From: an uncultured Desulfurococcales archaeon
Lineage (GTDB): Archaea; Thermoproteota; Thermoprotei_A; EX4484-217-1
Length of the DNA stretch: 64,000 bases
Direction: 5' to 3'
Assembly: GCA_964406965.1 (NCBI GenBank)
Contig: CAYOTT010000003.1
Span: forward strand, 77,691-141,690
Every line of letters begins with the position of its first letter. Position 1 is the stretch's first letter. The notes under the pieces were generated by a model. It had not been told where the DNA came from. It did not search any database and saw only the letters and a list, made by a program, of their open reading frames with translations. A program made the translations under genes and the position numbers. Below are positions 1-9,656 of the stretch, piece after piece.

Positions 1-221
1 GAAGAACTATTAGGGGGATGCTGCCCATAGACAAGCCTAGGGGGAGAGCAGCGTTTCGTAGGTTAAAGGTTTTCTCAGGTGTACCTCCAGAGTATGAAGA
101 GATAAAGGATAAGATGATTAAAATAGAGGATGCTTTGGCAACAAAGCTTGGAAGAACCTATGTCACCTTAGCAGAGATAGCTATGCAAATGGGGTGGAAA
201 CCCAAGGTTTTGAAAACCTAA
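1..221 (+). CDS. rpl13: 50S ribosomal protein uL13, C-terminal part (gene begins upstream of window)
   Basis: The frame is open from the window edge. ...RGMLPIDKPRGRAAFRRLKVFSGVPPEY... is a typical archaeal L13 C-terminus. It sits directly upstream of S9, as in the conserved L13-S9-RpoN-S2 string. Confidence 0.85.
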   Translation, partial: RTIRGMLPIDKPRGRAAFRRLKVFSGVPPEYEEIKDKMIKIEDALATKLGRTYVTLAEIAMQMGWKPKVLKT

Positions 222-241
222 ACTCCTTTAGGTGATGATTA

Positions 242-643
242 GTGAAAATAGTTATTTCCTCAGGTAAGAGAAAAACAGCAATAGCGAGAGCAATAATTAG
301 GCCCGGTAGGGGTAGGGTTTTCATCAACAATGTTCCTGTCGAAATATATCCCATAGAAATGGCTCGCTGGAAAATATTGGAACCACTACTTTTAGCAGGA
401 GATGATATAAGAAACTCCATAGACATTCATGTCAACGTTAAGGGAGGCGGGGTTATGGCCCAAGCCGATGCTGCAAGAATAGCTATAGCTAGGGGACTCA
501 TTGAGTTAACTAAGAATGAGGAATTAAAGAAGCTATTTCTGGAGTATGATAAAACAATGTTAAGCGGAGATCCAAGACAAGCTGAGCCGAAGAAGTTTGC
601 AAGATACAGTGCTAGGAGAAGATGGCAGAAATCCTACAGATAA
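242..643 (+). CDS. rps9: 30S ribosomal protein uS9
   Basis: GTG start preceded by AGGTGATGA (SD-like). Contains SGKRKTAIARAII...GGGVMAQADAARIAIARGL...YSARRRWQKSYR, the canonical S9 C-terminus. Confidence 0.95.
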   Translation: MKIVISSGKRKTAIARAIIRPGRGRVFINNVPVEIYPIEMARWKILEPLLLAGDDIRNSIDIHVNVKGGGVMAQADAARIAIARGLIELTKNEELKKLFLEYDKTMLSGDPRQAEPKKFARYSARRRWQKSYR

Positions 644-688
644 GAATTTAATCCCCAACATGACAATATGCGGTGTGAGGACTGAAAA

Positions 689-889
689 ATGCTTATACCT
701 GTAAGATGTTTCACATGTGGAGCATTAATTGGAGATAAATGGGAGGAATTTAGCAAAAGAGTTGCTCAAGGAGAGAACCCTGAAAAAGTTCTTGACGACT
801 TAGGCGTTAAGAGGTATTGTTGTAGAAGAATGCTCCTTTCCCACATAGACCTCATATACCAGGTTATTAAGTTTACGAGACCTACGTGA
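689..889 (+). CDS. rpoN: DNA-directed RNA polymerase subunit N (Rpo10)
   Basis: [11 protein letters not shown]...[11 protein letters not shown] zinc-binding signature of RpoN/Rpb10. Confidence 0.95.
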   Translation: MLIPVRCFTCGALIGDKWEEFSKRVAQGENPEKVLDDLGVKRYCCRRMLLSHIDLIYQVIKFTRPT

Positions 890-911
890 ACTTGCGAGGG
901 CGGAGAATAAT

Positions 912-1547
912 ATGTCTTCGGAAAAACGTGTTGAAAAGAAGGAGTCAGAGTTCTTAGTTCCTCTGGAAACATATCTAGCTGCAGGAGTTCACATAGGAAC
1001 CCATATTGGAACTAAGCATATGATGAAATTCGTTTATAAGGTAAGACCTGATGGACTGCACATTTTAGATATTAGGCAAACAGATAATAGGTTAAGGATT
1101 GCAGCGAAATTTATAGCTAGATATGATCCTACAAAAATAGTTGCTGTTTCCGTAAGACAGTATGGTCATAAGCCTGTTCAGATGTTTTGTAAATTTATTG
1201 GGTGTAAGGCAATTACTGGAAGAATTCAACCGGGTACATTTACAAATCCTCACTTAGAACATTATCTTGAACCAGAGCTTTTAATAGTAACTGACCCTAG
1301 ATCAGATTCTCAAGCATTAAAGGAAGCATCTAAAGTCGGAATAACTGTTGTTGCATTTTGTGATTCAGACAATAAAACCGAGTTTGTTGACTTAATAATT
1401 CCTGCAAATAATAAAGGTAGAAAAGCATTAGCTTTACTTTACTGGCTACTTACAAGACAAGTCCTTAGGGAGAGAGGAGAAATACCGCCGGACGGAGATC
1501 TTCCAGTTCCTGTTGAAGAGTTTGAACAGAAAATAACAAGAACATGA
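912..1547 (+). CDS. rps2: 30S ribosomal protein uS2
   Basis: [16 protein letters not shown]... and [17 protein letters not shown] motifs of archaeal S2. Confidence 0.95.
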   Translation: MSSEKRVEKKESEFLVPLETYLAAGVHIGTHIGTKHMMKFVYKVRPDGLHILDIRQTDNRLRIAAKFIARYDPTKIVAVSVRQYGHKPVQMFCKFIGCKAITGRIQPGTFTNPHLEHYLEPELLIVTDPRSDSQALKEASKVGITVVAFCDSDNKTEFVDLIIPANNKGRKALALLYWLLTRQVLRERGEIPPDGDLPVPVEEFEQKITRT

Positions 1548-1610
1548 AGCAACATAAGTAGTATCTAGGTACTGTAGAAAATATTTTCAGTTTAATAGGG
1601 TGAGTATTTT

Positions 1611-2462
1611 ATGGTACGACCTCCTGCAGTTGCTGGCCTCTTTTACGAAGGCGAATCTACGCTTTTAAAAAGACAAATTGAGGAAGTATTTAAGCACCCT
1701 TTAGGTCCAGGGAAACTTCCTCAAGCAAAAATTAAGGGGCCTAGAGAAGTAGTTGGCATAGTTTCACCCCACGCTGGCTATATTTATTCGGGACCTGTAG
1801 CGGCACATGGCTTCTTCGAATTAGCCCTAGATGGTAAACCAGATGTTTTCATAATATTAGGGCCTAATCATACAGGATTAGGTTCTCCTATTTCAACAAT
1901 GCTAGACAATTGGACTACACCTTTCGGAGAGGTTCCCGTAGATAAGGATTTAGCTAAGGAAATTGCTAAACGCAGTGAAATAGTTGATATAGACCCTGTA
2001 GCTCATAGATATGAACATTCAATAGAAGTTCAGTTACCATTTCTACAGTACTTTTTCGGGCAAATAACATTTGTACCAATAACTATGATGTGGCAAACGC
2101 CTGAAGTTGCTAAGAAAGTAGCTAAAGCAATATATGATGCCTCAGTTGAGCTTGGTAAAGACATTGTAATAATAGCAAGTACTGATTTAAACCACTATGA
2201 ACCTCAAAACATTACGGTTAAGAAGGATAAATTAGCCATAAATGCTATATTGAAAATGAATTCTGAAGAGCTTTCTAGGATACTTGAAGGACATGATGTT
2301 TCAATGTGTGGACCTGGCCCTACCATGGTGCTTATTGAATACGCTAAACTAATGGGGAATGTTGAGGCACAGCTTCTTAAACATGCAACTTCAGGTGATG
2401 TAACTGGAGATTTATCAGCAGTAGTAGGGTATGCTTCAATAGTCTTTCGTAAGAAGTTTTAA
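1611..2462 (+). CDS. MEMO1-family protein (AmmeMemoRadiSam system protein B-like)
   Basis: PAVAGLFYEG...SPHAGYIYSGPVAAHGF...GPNHTG...EHSIEVQLPFLQ motifs typical of the MEMO family. Conserved position between rps2 and the mevalonate genes. Confidence 0.8.
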   Translation: MVRPPAVAGLFYEGESTLLKRQIEEVFKHPLGPGKLPQAKIKGPREVVGIVSPHAGYIYSGPVAAHGFFELALDGKPDVFIILGPNHTGLGSPISTMLDNWTTPFGEVPVDKDLAKEIAKRSEIVDIDPVAHRYEHSIEVQLPFLQYFFGQITFVPITMMWQTPEVAKKVAKAIYDASVELGKDIVIIASTDLNHYEPQNITVKKDKLAINAILKMNSEELSRILEGHDVSMCGPGPTMVLIEYAKLMGNVEAQLLKHATSGDVTGDLSAVVGYASIVFRKKF

Positions 2463-2469
2463 GGAATGT

Positions 2470-3300
2470 TTGAAAATGGAAAAGTATAGTGTAAAGTATA
2501 GCATTCCGTTCCTCGGAACAATAATTTATAGGCGAAGAAATCCCATAATAGCTGCTATAACAGACAGAGAAGTTATTTTTGAAGTATCTGTTTCGAAACT
2601 TTCTGGAGAGAAAAATATTTTTAAGATTAATGGAGTTACTTTTGAAAAAATTTTAAAACATTTCCTTAACGAATATCTTCAAGGCATTGGAGAAGTCGGA
2701 GTTAATGTAGAAATTAATGTTCTATTAAATCCAGGACTCATTGAAATTTCTACATACGCTTCCCTAAGTGGAGTACTAATGAGAATTCTTGGGGAAAAAC
2801 TAGGATATAGTGTAGACTTTGATGATATAATTCGCTATTCGCCTCTACTTGAATGTGAGGAAACATTAAATTACCTCCCAATAATTATGGCTTTAAGAGT
2901 GTCTTCTCTTCAAGGGTTAAGCATAATTTATAGGTTAAGTGAAGGCTATGTTAAGTTACCTTCAAAAACACCTATAGACATATATGTTGTAGCCGTAGAG
3001 TTCCCGCTTACTTCGAGAAATATAGAGTACAGTGAGTTTAAAGACTACTTTGTCCATTTAGAGGGCAGGAATGTTATAGAGGCTGCTAGAGCAATTCAAG
3101 AAAACAAAGTACCATATGAGAACATAGTTTTTGAAGAAGCTATACAACATGTTTTCTACAGATTAGAGGATGAAATCGATCTTAACATATACTATAGAGG
3201 GAAGTGTATAGCATTCCCCGATTTAAACTATAAGACCGTGCTTGTATGTTTTAAAAAACCTGAAACAGAGTTTAAGGGTAAGTTGAAGACTTTCGTTTAA
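2470..3300 (+). CDS. Mevalonate-kinase-like (GHMP-fold?) protein with degenerate catalytic motifs
   Basis: Occupies the slot between MEMO and IPK where archaeal mvk usually lies. N-terminus SIPFLGTIIYRRRNPIIAAI resembles ILFGEHAVVYGxPAIAxAI. NPGLIEISTYASLSGV sits where PxGxGLGSSAA should be. GKCIAFPDLNYKTVLVCF sits where the GGGAGGS loop should be. All glycine-rich loops are lost. Confidence 0.4.
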   Translation: MKMEKYSVKYSIPFLGTIIYRRRNPIIAAITDREVIFEVSVSKLSGEKNIFKINGVTFEKILKHFLNEYLQGIGEVGVNVEINVLLNPGLIEISTYASLSGVLMRILGEKLGYSVDFDDIIRYSPLLECEETLNYLPIIMALRVSSLQGLSIIYRLSEGYVKLPSKTPIDIYVVAVEFPLTSRNIEYSEFKDYFVHLEGRNVIEAARAIQENKVPYENIVFEEAIQHVFYRLEDEIDLNIYYRGKCIAFPDLNYKTVLVCFKKPETEFKGKLKTFV

Positions 3301-3321
3301 AATTTATGTTGAGGGCCCACA

Positions 3322-4116
3322 TTGTTAGCCGTAATTAAAATAGGTGGAAGTGTAATTACAGATAAGAGGGAGCCTTTTAAGATAAGAAGGAATGTAGTCA
3401 GAAGATTAACTAGGGAGTTAAAGGAAGCGCTACATAGTGATAGTAGGTTAAAAGTAATCATAGTACATGGTGGAGGCTCTTTTGGACATTATGTTGCATT
3501 AAAACATTTAGGCAAAGGCAAAATATCCTCACAAGGATTCATTGAAATTCATGAGGCAATGATTCGGTTAAACACGTTCTTTGTTAGAGAGCTTAGGAGA
3601 GAAGGTGTTTTAGCGGAAACCATTCATACATCATCAGCCATTATTTTAAAAAACGGAGAAATTTCTGAAGCCAATATTAAAACAGTAAGAGGCTTCCTTG
3701 AGAATAAAATAGTTCCCGTTCTATACGGTGATGTTGTTTACGACTTGGTTAAAGGTTTCACTATAGTGTCAGGAGACACTTTAGCAGCGTTTTTAGCTGA
3801 AAAATTAAAAGCTAATCTCATAGCTTACGTAACAAATGTTAATGGAATTTACAGAACATATCCCCCAAAACATGGGCTAAAGGACCTTATACCTCAAATC
3901 AATTTAAGGACCTATAATCTAAGCGGTAAAATGTTTAAACATGTAGGGTATGATGTAACCGGAGGTATGGCTTTTAAACTATTAGAACTTAAAAAATACA
4001 TAAGCTGCAAGCATCCTATAAAAGCAGTAATATTTAATGGTTTAAAGAAAGACTTCCTAAAGAATATTCTCTTAGGTAAAGAGGTTAAAGTGAAAACGGA
4101 AATTAAGGTGTGTTAA
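3322..4116 (+). CDS. ipk: Isopentenyl phosphate kinase
   Basis: TTG start. IKIGGSVITDK and VHGGGSFGH amino-acid-kinase-fold motifs characteristic of IPK. Adjacent to idi2. Confidence 0.85.
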   Translation: MLAVIKIGGSVITDKREPFKIRRNVVRRLTRELKEALHSDSRLKVIIVHGGGSFGHYVALKHLGKGKISSQGFIEIHEAMIRLNTFFVRELRREGVLAETIHTSSAIILKNGEISEANIKTVRGFLENKIVPVLYGDVVYDLVKGFTIVSGDTLAAFLAEKLKANLIAYVTNVNGIYRTYPPKHGLKDLIPQINLRTYNLSGKMFKHVGYDVTGGMAFKLLELKKYISCKHPIKAVIFNGLKKDFLKNILLGKEVKVKTEIKVC

Positions 4117-4126
4117 ACTGGATAAA

Positions 4127-5224
4127 GTGGATGAAATAAAATTTAGGAAAATAGAGCACATAGATATTTGCTTAAACGAATATGTTGAGTCAAGAGTTTC
4201 TCCAGGCTTTTCCAACATACATTTTGTGCATTTTTCACTTCCAGAAGTCAACTATGCTGAAGTTTCACTTAAGACGCATTTTCTAGGAAAACAGCTTAAA
4301 GCACCGCTCATAATAACCAGTATGACTGGAGGTCATCCAGAAACATATGAGATAAATAAAGTGTTGGCAGAAGTTGCTGAAAAACTTGGATTGGGTTTAG
4401 GTGTAGGGTCTCAAAGAGCTGCTTTAGAAAATCCGAAATTAGAATATACATTTTCTGTTGTTAAAGAATATGCGCCAACAGTTCTTAAAATAGCCAACAT
4501 AGGTTTCGTTCAAGCTAAAAGATACAGTATTGATAAGATTCTTAAGGCTATAGAAATGATAGATGCTAACGCCTTAGCAATACACTTAAACCCTCTTCAA
4601 GAGTGTGTGCAAATAGAAGGTGATAGAGATTTCAAAGGGATACTGAAAAGAATAGCTAAAATATCAAAGGAGCTACCGGTTCCCGTTATTGTTAAAGAAA
4701 CAGGTGCCGGAATTTCATATGAGGTAGCTAAGGAAATAGCTGAGGAAACAGAGGTTAGAGCAATAGATATTTCAGGTTTAGGGGGTACAAGCTGGTCAGC
4801 TGTTGAAATGTATAGAGCTAGGAGAAGGGGGAATAGGTTTAGGGAGAACATAGCCAAAACATTTTGGGATTGGGGTATTCCAACGACAGTTTCAATAGTG
4901 GAAGTTAGGTTTGCATCTACACGTTTCGAAATAATAGGTAGCGGCGGGATAAGGTCAGGTATAGATGCAGCTAAGGCGTTAGCATTAGGGGCTAATGTTG
5001 CCGGAATAGCTTTACCTGCGTTAAAAGCCACTGTTAGGGGGCCTAAGAAACTTGAAGAGCTTCTCAAGGTATTTATTGAGGAAATACGTGTAGCTATGGT
5101 TTTAACAGGTTCTCGAAACGTTGAAGAACTTAGGAAGGCAAAAATAGTTATTACAGGAAAGACTAGAGAGTGGCTTGAGCAAAGAGGCATAAGCATTAAA
5201 GATTACTTAGAAAAGTTTAGATAA
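4127..5224 (+). CDS. fni: Type 2 isopentenyl-diphosphate delta-isomerase (FMN-dependent)
   Basis: FRKIEHIDICL, ITSMTGG, GVGSQRAAL, VKETGAGIS and GSGGIRSGIDAAKALALGA motifs of IDI-2. Confidence 0.9.
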   Translation: MDEIKFRKIEHIDICLNEYVESRVSPGFSNIHFVHFSLPEVNYAEVSLKTHFLGKQLKAPLIITSMTGGHPETYEINKVLAEVAEKLGLGLGVGSQRAALENPKLEYTFSVVKEYAPTVLKIANIGFVQAKRYSIDKILKAIEMIDANALAIHLNPLQECVQIEGDRDFKGILKRIAKISKELPVPVIVKETGAGISYEVAKEIAEETEVRAIDISGLGGTSWSAVEMYRARRRGNRFRENIAKTFWDWGIPTTVSIVEVRFASTRFEIIGSGGIRSGIDAAKALALGANVAGIALPALKATVRGPKKLEELLKVFIEEIRVAMVLTGSRNVEELRKAKIVITGKTREWLEQRGISIKDYLEKFR

Positions 5225-5276
5225 GTATGAGTGAACGTGAACAACTAAGTATAATATGTCATGAGAGGTTACGGAA

Positions 5277-6284
5277 ATGAGTTATTCGGAACTACTAGCT
5301 TATTCAAAAAAAGTAGCTAAGAAAGTAGATAAATACATACTTGAAGAAATACTTAAAGGAGGCCCTGAATATCTTTATCAAGCGTCAACACATCTCATTA
5401 GGGCTGGAGGCAAAAGGCTAAGACCAACACTATTACTTCTATCAACACGTGTTGCAGGGGGAAATGAGGACCAAGCTTTACCTGCAGCTGCTGCTATAGA
5501 AATTCTCCACAACTTCACATTAGTTCATGATGATGTGATGGACATGGACGAATTTAGAAGGGGCGTTCCAACAGTACATAAAGTATGGGGTATTCCTACA
5601 GCTATAATCGCGGGGGATCTGTTGTTTTCTAAATCTTTTGAGGCAATACTTAAGCTAACGTCTAATGGAGTATCTATTGAAAGAGTTGTAGAGGCAGCTG
5701 AAATATTAGCTAAAACAGCATCAACAATTGCCGAAGGGCAAGCAATGGATATGTCTTTTGAGGATCGCTTAGACGTGACAGAGGAAGAATACTTTACAAT
5801 GATATATAAGAAAACGGCAGTGCTGTTTGAAGCATCAACGAAGATCGGGGCATTAATAGCTGAAGCACCAAATGACGTAATAAAATACTTAGCGGAGTAT
5901 GGTAGAAAAATAGGTTTAGCATTTCAAATTCAAGACGACATTTTAGGAATAATGGGTGAAGAAAAGAAAGTAGGGAAGCCCGTAGGTAGTGACATTAGAG
6001 AGGGAAAGAAAACAATAATAATCATAAATGCATTAAAGAATGCTTCACCTAGTGAGAAAGAAAAGCTTCTCGATGCTTTAGGGAATAGGAAAATAGGGAG
6101 AGAGAAAATTGAGGAAATAGTTGATTTACTTAAAAAACTAGGTTCAATAGATTACGCTAAACAGTATGCAACAAAGTTCTCCAATGAAGCCATTGCAGCG
6201 CTTAACGCTATAGAGACTAAAGATAGTGACGCTAAGAAAATGCTAGTCGAATTAGCCGAGTACGTAGTAAAGAGGATAAAATAG
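5277..6284 (+). CDS. idsA: Geranylgeranyl diphosphate synthase (short-chain trans-prenyltransferase)
   Basis: First and second Asp-rich motifs, LVHDDVMDMDEFRRG and FQIQDDILG. GGKRLRP motif. Confidence 0.9.
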   Translation: MSYSELLAYSKKVAKKVDKYILEEILKGGPEYLYQASTHLIRAGGKRLRPTLLLLSTRVAGGNEDQALPAAAAIEILHNFTLVHDDVMDMDEFRRGVPTVHKVWGIPTAIIAGDLLFSKSFEAILKLTSNGVSIERVVEAAEILAKTASTIAEGQAMDMSFEDRLDVTEEEYFTMIYKKTAVLFEASTKIGALIAEAPNDVIKYLAEYGRKIGLAFQIQDDILGIMGEEKKVGKPVGSDIREGKKTIIIINALKNASPSEKEKLLDALGNRKIGREKIEEIVDLLKKLGSIDYAKQYATKFSNEAIAALNAIETKDSDAKKMLVELAEYVVKRIK

Positions 6285-6301
6285 GTTTCCTGGTTTTAAA
6301 A

Positions 6302-6835
6302 ATGAATAATTCTTCTTATAAATATCCACAAATATTTGTTAATGAAAGCTTGAACAATATCAGTTTAAGCTCAAAAGCTATTTTAGAAACTCGTGAACGA
6401 AAATACTGTTCAGTGAGAGGCTTAAGCAAAGAACTTTTAGCTAAAATAGATGTTAAAAGGGTTTTTGAACTTAAACCTTATGAAACAGCGTATGAGGAAA
6501 TAGTTGACTTAGAAAGTGCAAAAACAACGAAGTCGTTTATAGTTTACTCTCCGAAAACCGATACTTATATGCTTATTGAAGAAAATGTTAATGTTCAGCT
6601 ACTTGACATTTTAGGTCTTAAAATATTTTTAGCTATAGGAGAGGGAGATTTCGTTAAAAAAGGGGATATTATAGGATATCAGGTTACAGGTAAGTTTGAA
6701 GTTAGAAACATAATATGCAATGGTGAAGGTGTTGTTGCATATATAGGGACTATTTTTGAAGAAATACAACACTACATAGTAATTCTTGTAGGTGAAGAGA
6801 ATGTCGAAAGAATCAAAGTCTCTGAATGCTTATGA
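6302..6835 (+). CDS. Conserved hypothetical protein (possible DUF2118-like hybrid-barrel domain)
   Basis: 177-aa ORF. The C-terminal GDFVKKGDIIGY...GEGVVAYIG pattern resembles lipoyl/hybrid-motif barrels. Family name is from memory only. Confidence 0.4.
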   Translation: MNNSSYKYPQIFVNESLNNISLSSKAILETRERKYCSVRGLSKELLAKIDVKRVFELKPYETAYEEIVDLESAKTTKSFIVYSPKTDTYMLIEENVNVQLLDILGLKIFLAIGEGDFVKKGDIIGYQVTGKFEVRNIICNGEGVVAYIGTIFEEIQHYIVILVGEENVERIKVSECL

Positions 6836-8579
6836 AATAAGGGAGCTAGCCTTTAAATATGCTTTACAAAATGCTGTACTTCACGAAGGTAAAGCAGAAT
6901 TAAAAGCCGTTATAAGCAAAGTTATTGCTGAAAAACCTGGGGTACGTAGTATTATAAGGAATGTTATACCGTTAATTAAGGAAATTATAGAGGAAGTTAA
7001 TAGTAAACCCCTTGTAGAGCAGAAAAGAATTCTTCAAGAAAAATATCCGGAACTGTTAGAGAAAAGGGTGGTTAAGGAGGAAAAGAAACTTCCTCCACTA
7101 CCTAACGTTGAGAAATATGGTAAAGTTGTTACAAGATTTGCTCCGAATCCCGATTTTGTCCTTCATTTGGGAAATGCTAGGCCAGCTATTTTGAGTTACG
7201 AATACGCTAGAATGTATAAGGGCAAGTTTATTTTAAGATTTGATGACACTGATCCGAAAATTAAGAAACCTATGCCTGAAGCATATGATTTAATTAAGGA
7301 TGATTTAAAATGGCTTGGCATTAAATGGGATGGAGAGTATGTTCAGTCAAGAAGGTTAGAAATTTTCTACGATTACGCTACAAAACTCATTAAGCTTGGT
7401 GGAGCATATGTTGACACATGCGATTCGAATACGTTTAGAAAATATAGGGACAACATGAAGCCTTGTCCGCATAGAAGCCAAAGTATTGAAGAGTCTCTTG
7501 AACTTTGGGATAAAATGCTTGAAGGATACTTTGGTGAAGAGGAGGCTGTTTTAAGGGTTAAAACGGATCTTAATCATCCGGATCCCTCGGTTAGAGATTG
7601 GGTAGCATTTAGGATAATAGATACAAATAAGAACCCCCACCCTCTTGTAGGTAGCAAATACATTGTTTGGCCCACATATAATTTTGCCTCAGCAATAGAT
7701 GATTACTTACTCGGCATTACGCATATTTTGCGTGCAAAAGAGCATATGACAAATACTGTAAAGCAGAAGTATCTTTACAGTTATTTTGGCTGGATGTATC
7801 CGGAAACCATTCATTTTGGAAGACTTAAGCTTAAAGGTTTTATTTTGAGCAAGTCAATGATAAAATCTAAAATAGAGAAAGGAGAGTTCGAGGGAGTTGA
7901 TGATCCAAGGCTGGGAACACTTGCTGCATTAAGGAGAAGAGGTTTCTCAGCTGAAGCTATTAGAGCACTTATACTTGACGTAGGTATTAAGCCCTCTGAG
8001 GCAACAATATCTATGGAGAATCTCGCCGCTATTAATAGGAAAATAATTGACATTAAAGCTCCGAGAATTCTTTTCGTAGATAATCCTGTGAAAGTTATTG
8101 TAGAAGGAATTAGTGGTTACGAATCAGAAATACCTTACCATCCAGAAAATAAGAAGCTAGGTTCGAGGAAAATTGTTCTTAAAGGAATTAATAATAAAGT
8201 TGAAGTTTACATTTCAGAAAAAGACAGTAAAAAGTTGGTTCCTGGAAAATTCTTAAGACTTCTTGAACTATTTAATATAGAAGTTATAAGTGTTCCTAAA
8301 AGGAGGGATGATCCTGTTACGGCTAAGTATGCAGGGTCTTCTCTTGAGGAAGCTAGGAAGCGTAAGGCACCAATAATACAGTGGGTTCCAGCTGATAAGA
8401 ACGTAAAGGTTATTGTTAGGAAGCCTAGTGGTAATCAATTAGTAAATGTTGAGGGATTAGCTGAAGAAGCAATAAAAATGTTTAACGTTAACATTGTTCT
8501 TCAGTTCTATAGGTTTGGCTTTGTAAGAATAGATAGCATTAAAGAAGGCGTTTATATTACTTATTTTGCTCATGAATAA
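6801..8579 (+). CDS. gltX: Glutamyl-tRNA synthetase (archaeal type)
   Basis: TRFAPNPDFVLHLGNARPAIL (HIGH-type motif), ILRFDDTDP, and LSKSMIKS (KMSKS-like). ATG at 6801 is preferred over the GTG at 6792 given in the ORF track. Confidence 0.9.
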   Translation: MSKESKSLNAYEIRELAFKYALQNAVLHEGKAELKAVISKVIAEKPGVRSIIRNVIPLIKEIIEEVNSKPLVEQKRILQEKYPELLEKRVVKEEKKLPPLPNVEKYGKVVTRFAPNPDFVLHLGNARPAILSYEYARMYKGKFILRFDDTDPKIKKPMPEAYDLIKDDLKWLGIKWDGEYVQSRRLEIFYDYATKLIKLGGAYVDTCDSNTFRKYRDNMKPCPHRSQSIEESLELWDKMLEGYFGEEEAVLRVKTDLNHPDPSVRDWVAFRIIDTNKNPHPLVGSKYIVWPTYNFASAIDDYLLGITHILRAKEHMTNTVKQKYLYSYFGWMYPETIHFGRLKLKGFILSKSMIKSKIEKGEFEGVDDPRLGTLAALRRRGFSAEAIRALILDVGIKPSEATISMENLAAINRKIIDIKAPRILFVDNPVKVIVEGISGYESEIPYHPENKKLGSRKIVLKGINNKVEVYISEKDSKKLVPGKFLRLLELFNIEVISVPKRRDDPVTAKYAGSSLEEARKRKAPIIQWVPADKNVKVIVRKPSGNQLVNVEGLAEEAIKMFNVNIVLQFYRFGFVRIDSIKEGVYITYFAHE

Positions 8580-8664
8580 TAATGACCCCTATCTTTATAT
8601 AGTCCTTTTAAGAACAGTTATGCTCGATGAACGACGACTCATAATGGGAGGAGGATGAGTAACC

Positions 8665-9051
8665 ATGTCTAAACCTTTCTATGTTAGATTCGAAGTACCG
8701 TCTGACTTAGCTGAGAAAGCATACGAGGCAATAAGGAAAGCTAGGGAAACAGGCGGTAAGATAAAGAAGGGAACTAATGAAACAACGAAAGCTGTTGAAA
8801 GAGGTTTAGCTAAGCTTGTTTTAATAGCTGAGGACGTTGACCCTCCGGAAATAGTAGCCCATCTGCCATTACTATGTGAGGAGAAGAAGATACCTTACGT
8901 ATATGTTCCAAGTAAGAAGAGGCTTGGTGAAGCTGCAGGAATAGAGGTTGCAGCAGCTAGTGCATGTATAATAGATCCGGGTGCCGCAAAAGACCTAGTA
9001 GAGGAAGTAATAGCTAAGGTAAATGAAATTAAAGCAAAAGCTACTAAGTGA
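8665..9051 (+). CDS. rpl7ae: 50S ribosomal protein L7Ae (K-turn binding; C/D and H/ACA sRNP component)
   Basis: [50 protein letters not shown] is near-invariant L7Ae sequence. Confidence 0.95.
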   Translation: MSKPFYVRFEVPSDLAEKAYEAIRKARETGGKIKKGTNETTKAVERGLAKLVLIAEDVDPPEIVAHLPLLCEEKKIPYVYVPSKKRLGEAAGIEVAAASACIIDPGAAKDLVEEVIAKVNEIKAKATK

Positions 9052-9071
9052 ATAAGTGCTCACTTATTTTT
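9052..9071 (+). terminator. Hairpin plus T-tract between convergent rpl7ae and rps28e
   Basis: ATAAGTG-CT-CACTTAT is a perfect 7-bp inverted repeat starting directly after the rpl7ae stop codon. It runs into TTTTT. Confidence 0.4.
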
Positions 9072-9104
9072 AATAAAATAGTATAACACTATAATTTTTA
9101 TCTT

Positions 9105-9341
9105 TTATCTTCCAGAAAGCTTTCTTGCTTCTCTCTCTGTTTCCCTAAGTATTAAAATATCACCAAGCCTAACAGGGCCTTTCACGTTTCTCGTAAGTAT
9201 TCTTCCCTTATCTCTTCCCTCAAGGATTCTAACTCTAACTTGGATTACTTCTCCAGTAACACCGGTTCTACCAACTATTTGGATTACTTCAGCAGGGTAT
9301 CCTAATTCCTCAATTATCGACTTAGTTTTTTGAGAGCTCAT
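9105..9341 (-). CDS. rps28e: 30S ribosomal protein S28e
   Basis: [59 protein letters not shown] is canonical S28e. Confidence 0.95.
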   Translation of the reverse strand: MSSQKTKSIIEELGYPAEVIQIVGRTGVTGEVIQVRVRILEGRDKGRILTRNVKGPVRLGDILILRETEREARKLSGR

Positions 9342-9455
9342 TTAGCCGCACCAGTTTCTTAAGTAATATGTGCACTATGGTTCTAGTAGAAAGAGTTTTA
9401 AATATGTTTCCACCGAGAATTTCCAGTCAGAATAAATTTCAAAGGTGCATCAGGA

Positions 9456-9638
9456 ATGGTTAAATATAGAACCTGCGTGTTCTGCGGTAGAACCATAGAG
9501 CCTGGCACAGGAATAATGTATGTTAAAAACGATGGCACTATTTTCTGGTTCTGTTCTAGAAAATGTTTTAAAAACATGCTAAAGCTTAAACGAAATCCTA
9601 AAAAGTACAAGTGGACATTAAAGTACGCTAAAGCATAA
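9456..9638 (+). CDS. rpl24e: 50S ribosomal protein L24e
   Basis: CVFCGRTIEPGTGIMYVKNDGTIFWFCSRKCFKN zinc-ribbon typical of L24e. Confidence 0.95.
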   Translation: MVKYRTCVFCGRTIEPGTGIMYVKNDGTIFWFCSRKCFKNMLKLKRNPKKYKWTLKYAKA

Positions 9639-9656
9639 AAACGTGGCTGATCCAAA

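Noticed and set aside
229-241. GTGATGA immediately upstream of rps9.
   Set aside because: It is part of an AGGTGATGA Shine-Dalgarno-like element a few nt before the GTG start. There is no D box downstream.
1020-1075. C-box-like ATGATGA/GTGATGA heptamers inside coding regions. Examples are near 1020, 9846, 21190, 24438, 39047, 49603 and 52066.
   Set aside because: None is followed by a CTGA D box with an appropriately spaced C'/D' pair. All lie within strongly supported CDSs.
4597-5196. Long antisense ORFs opposite well-supported genes. Examples: 4597-5196, 36182-36676, 57176-57715, 43784-44245, 10696-11130, 37879-38265 and 29754-30074.
   Set aside because: - Each lies fully inside a gene with strong family motifs on the other strand.
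- Their translations are Ser/Leu/Ile-rich low-complexity sequence with no motifs.
- Stop-poor antisense frames are expected when the sense strand has strong codon bias.
8580-8664. Possible autoregulatory K-turn in the rpl7ae 5' leader. GATGA and ATGAG elements occur downstream of a TTTATATA box.
   Set aside because: I could not fold the two GA-containing segments into a C-stem/3-nt bulge/tandem G-A arrangement. Only a simple AUGA/UCAU hairpin forms. It needs proper structure prediction before being claimed.
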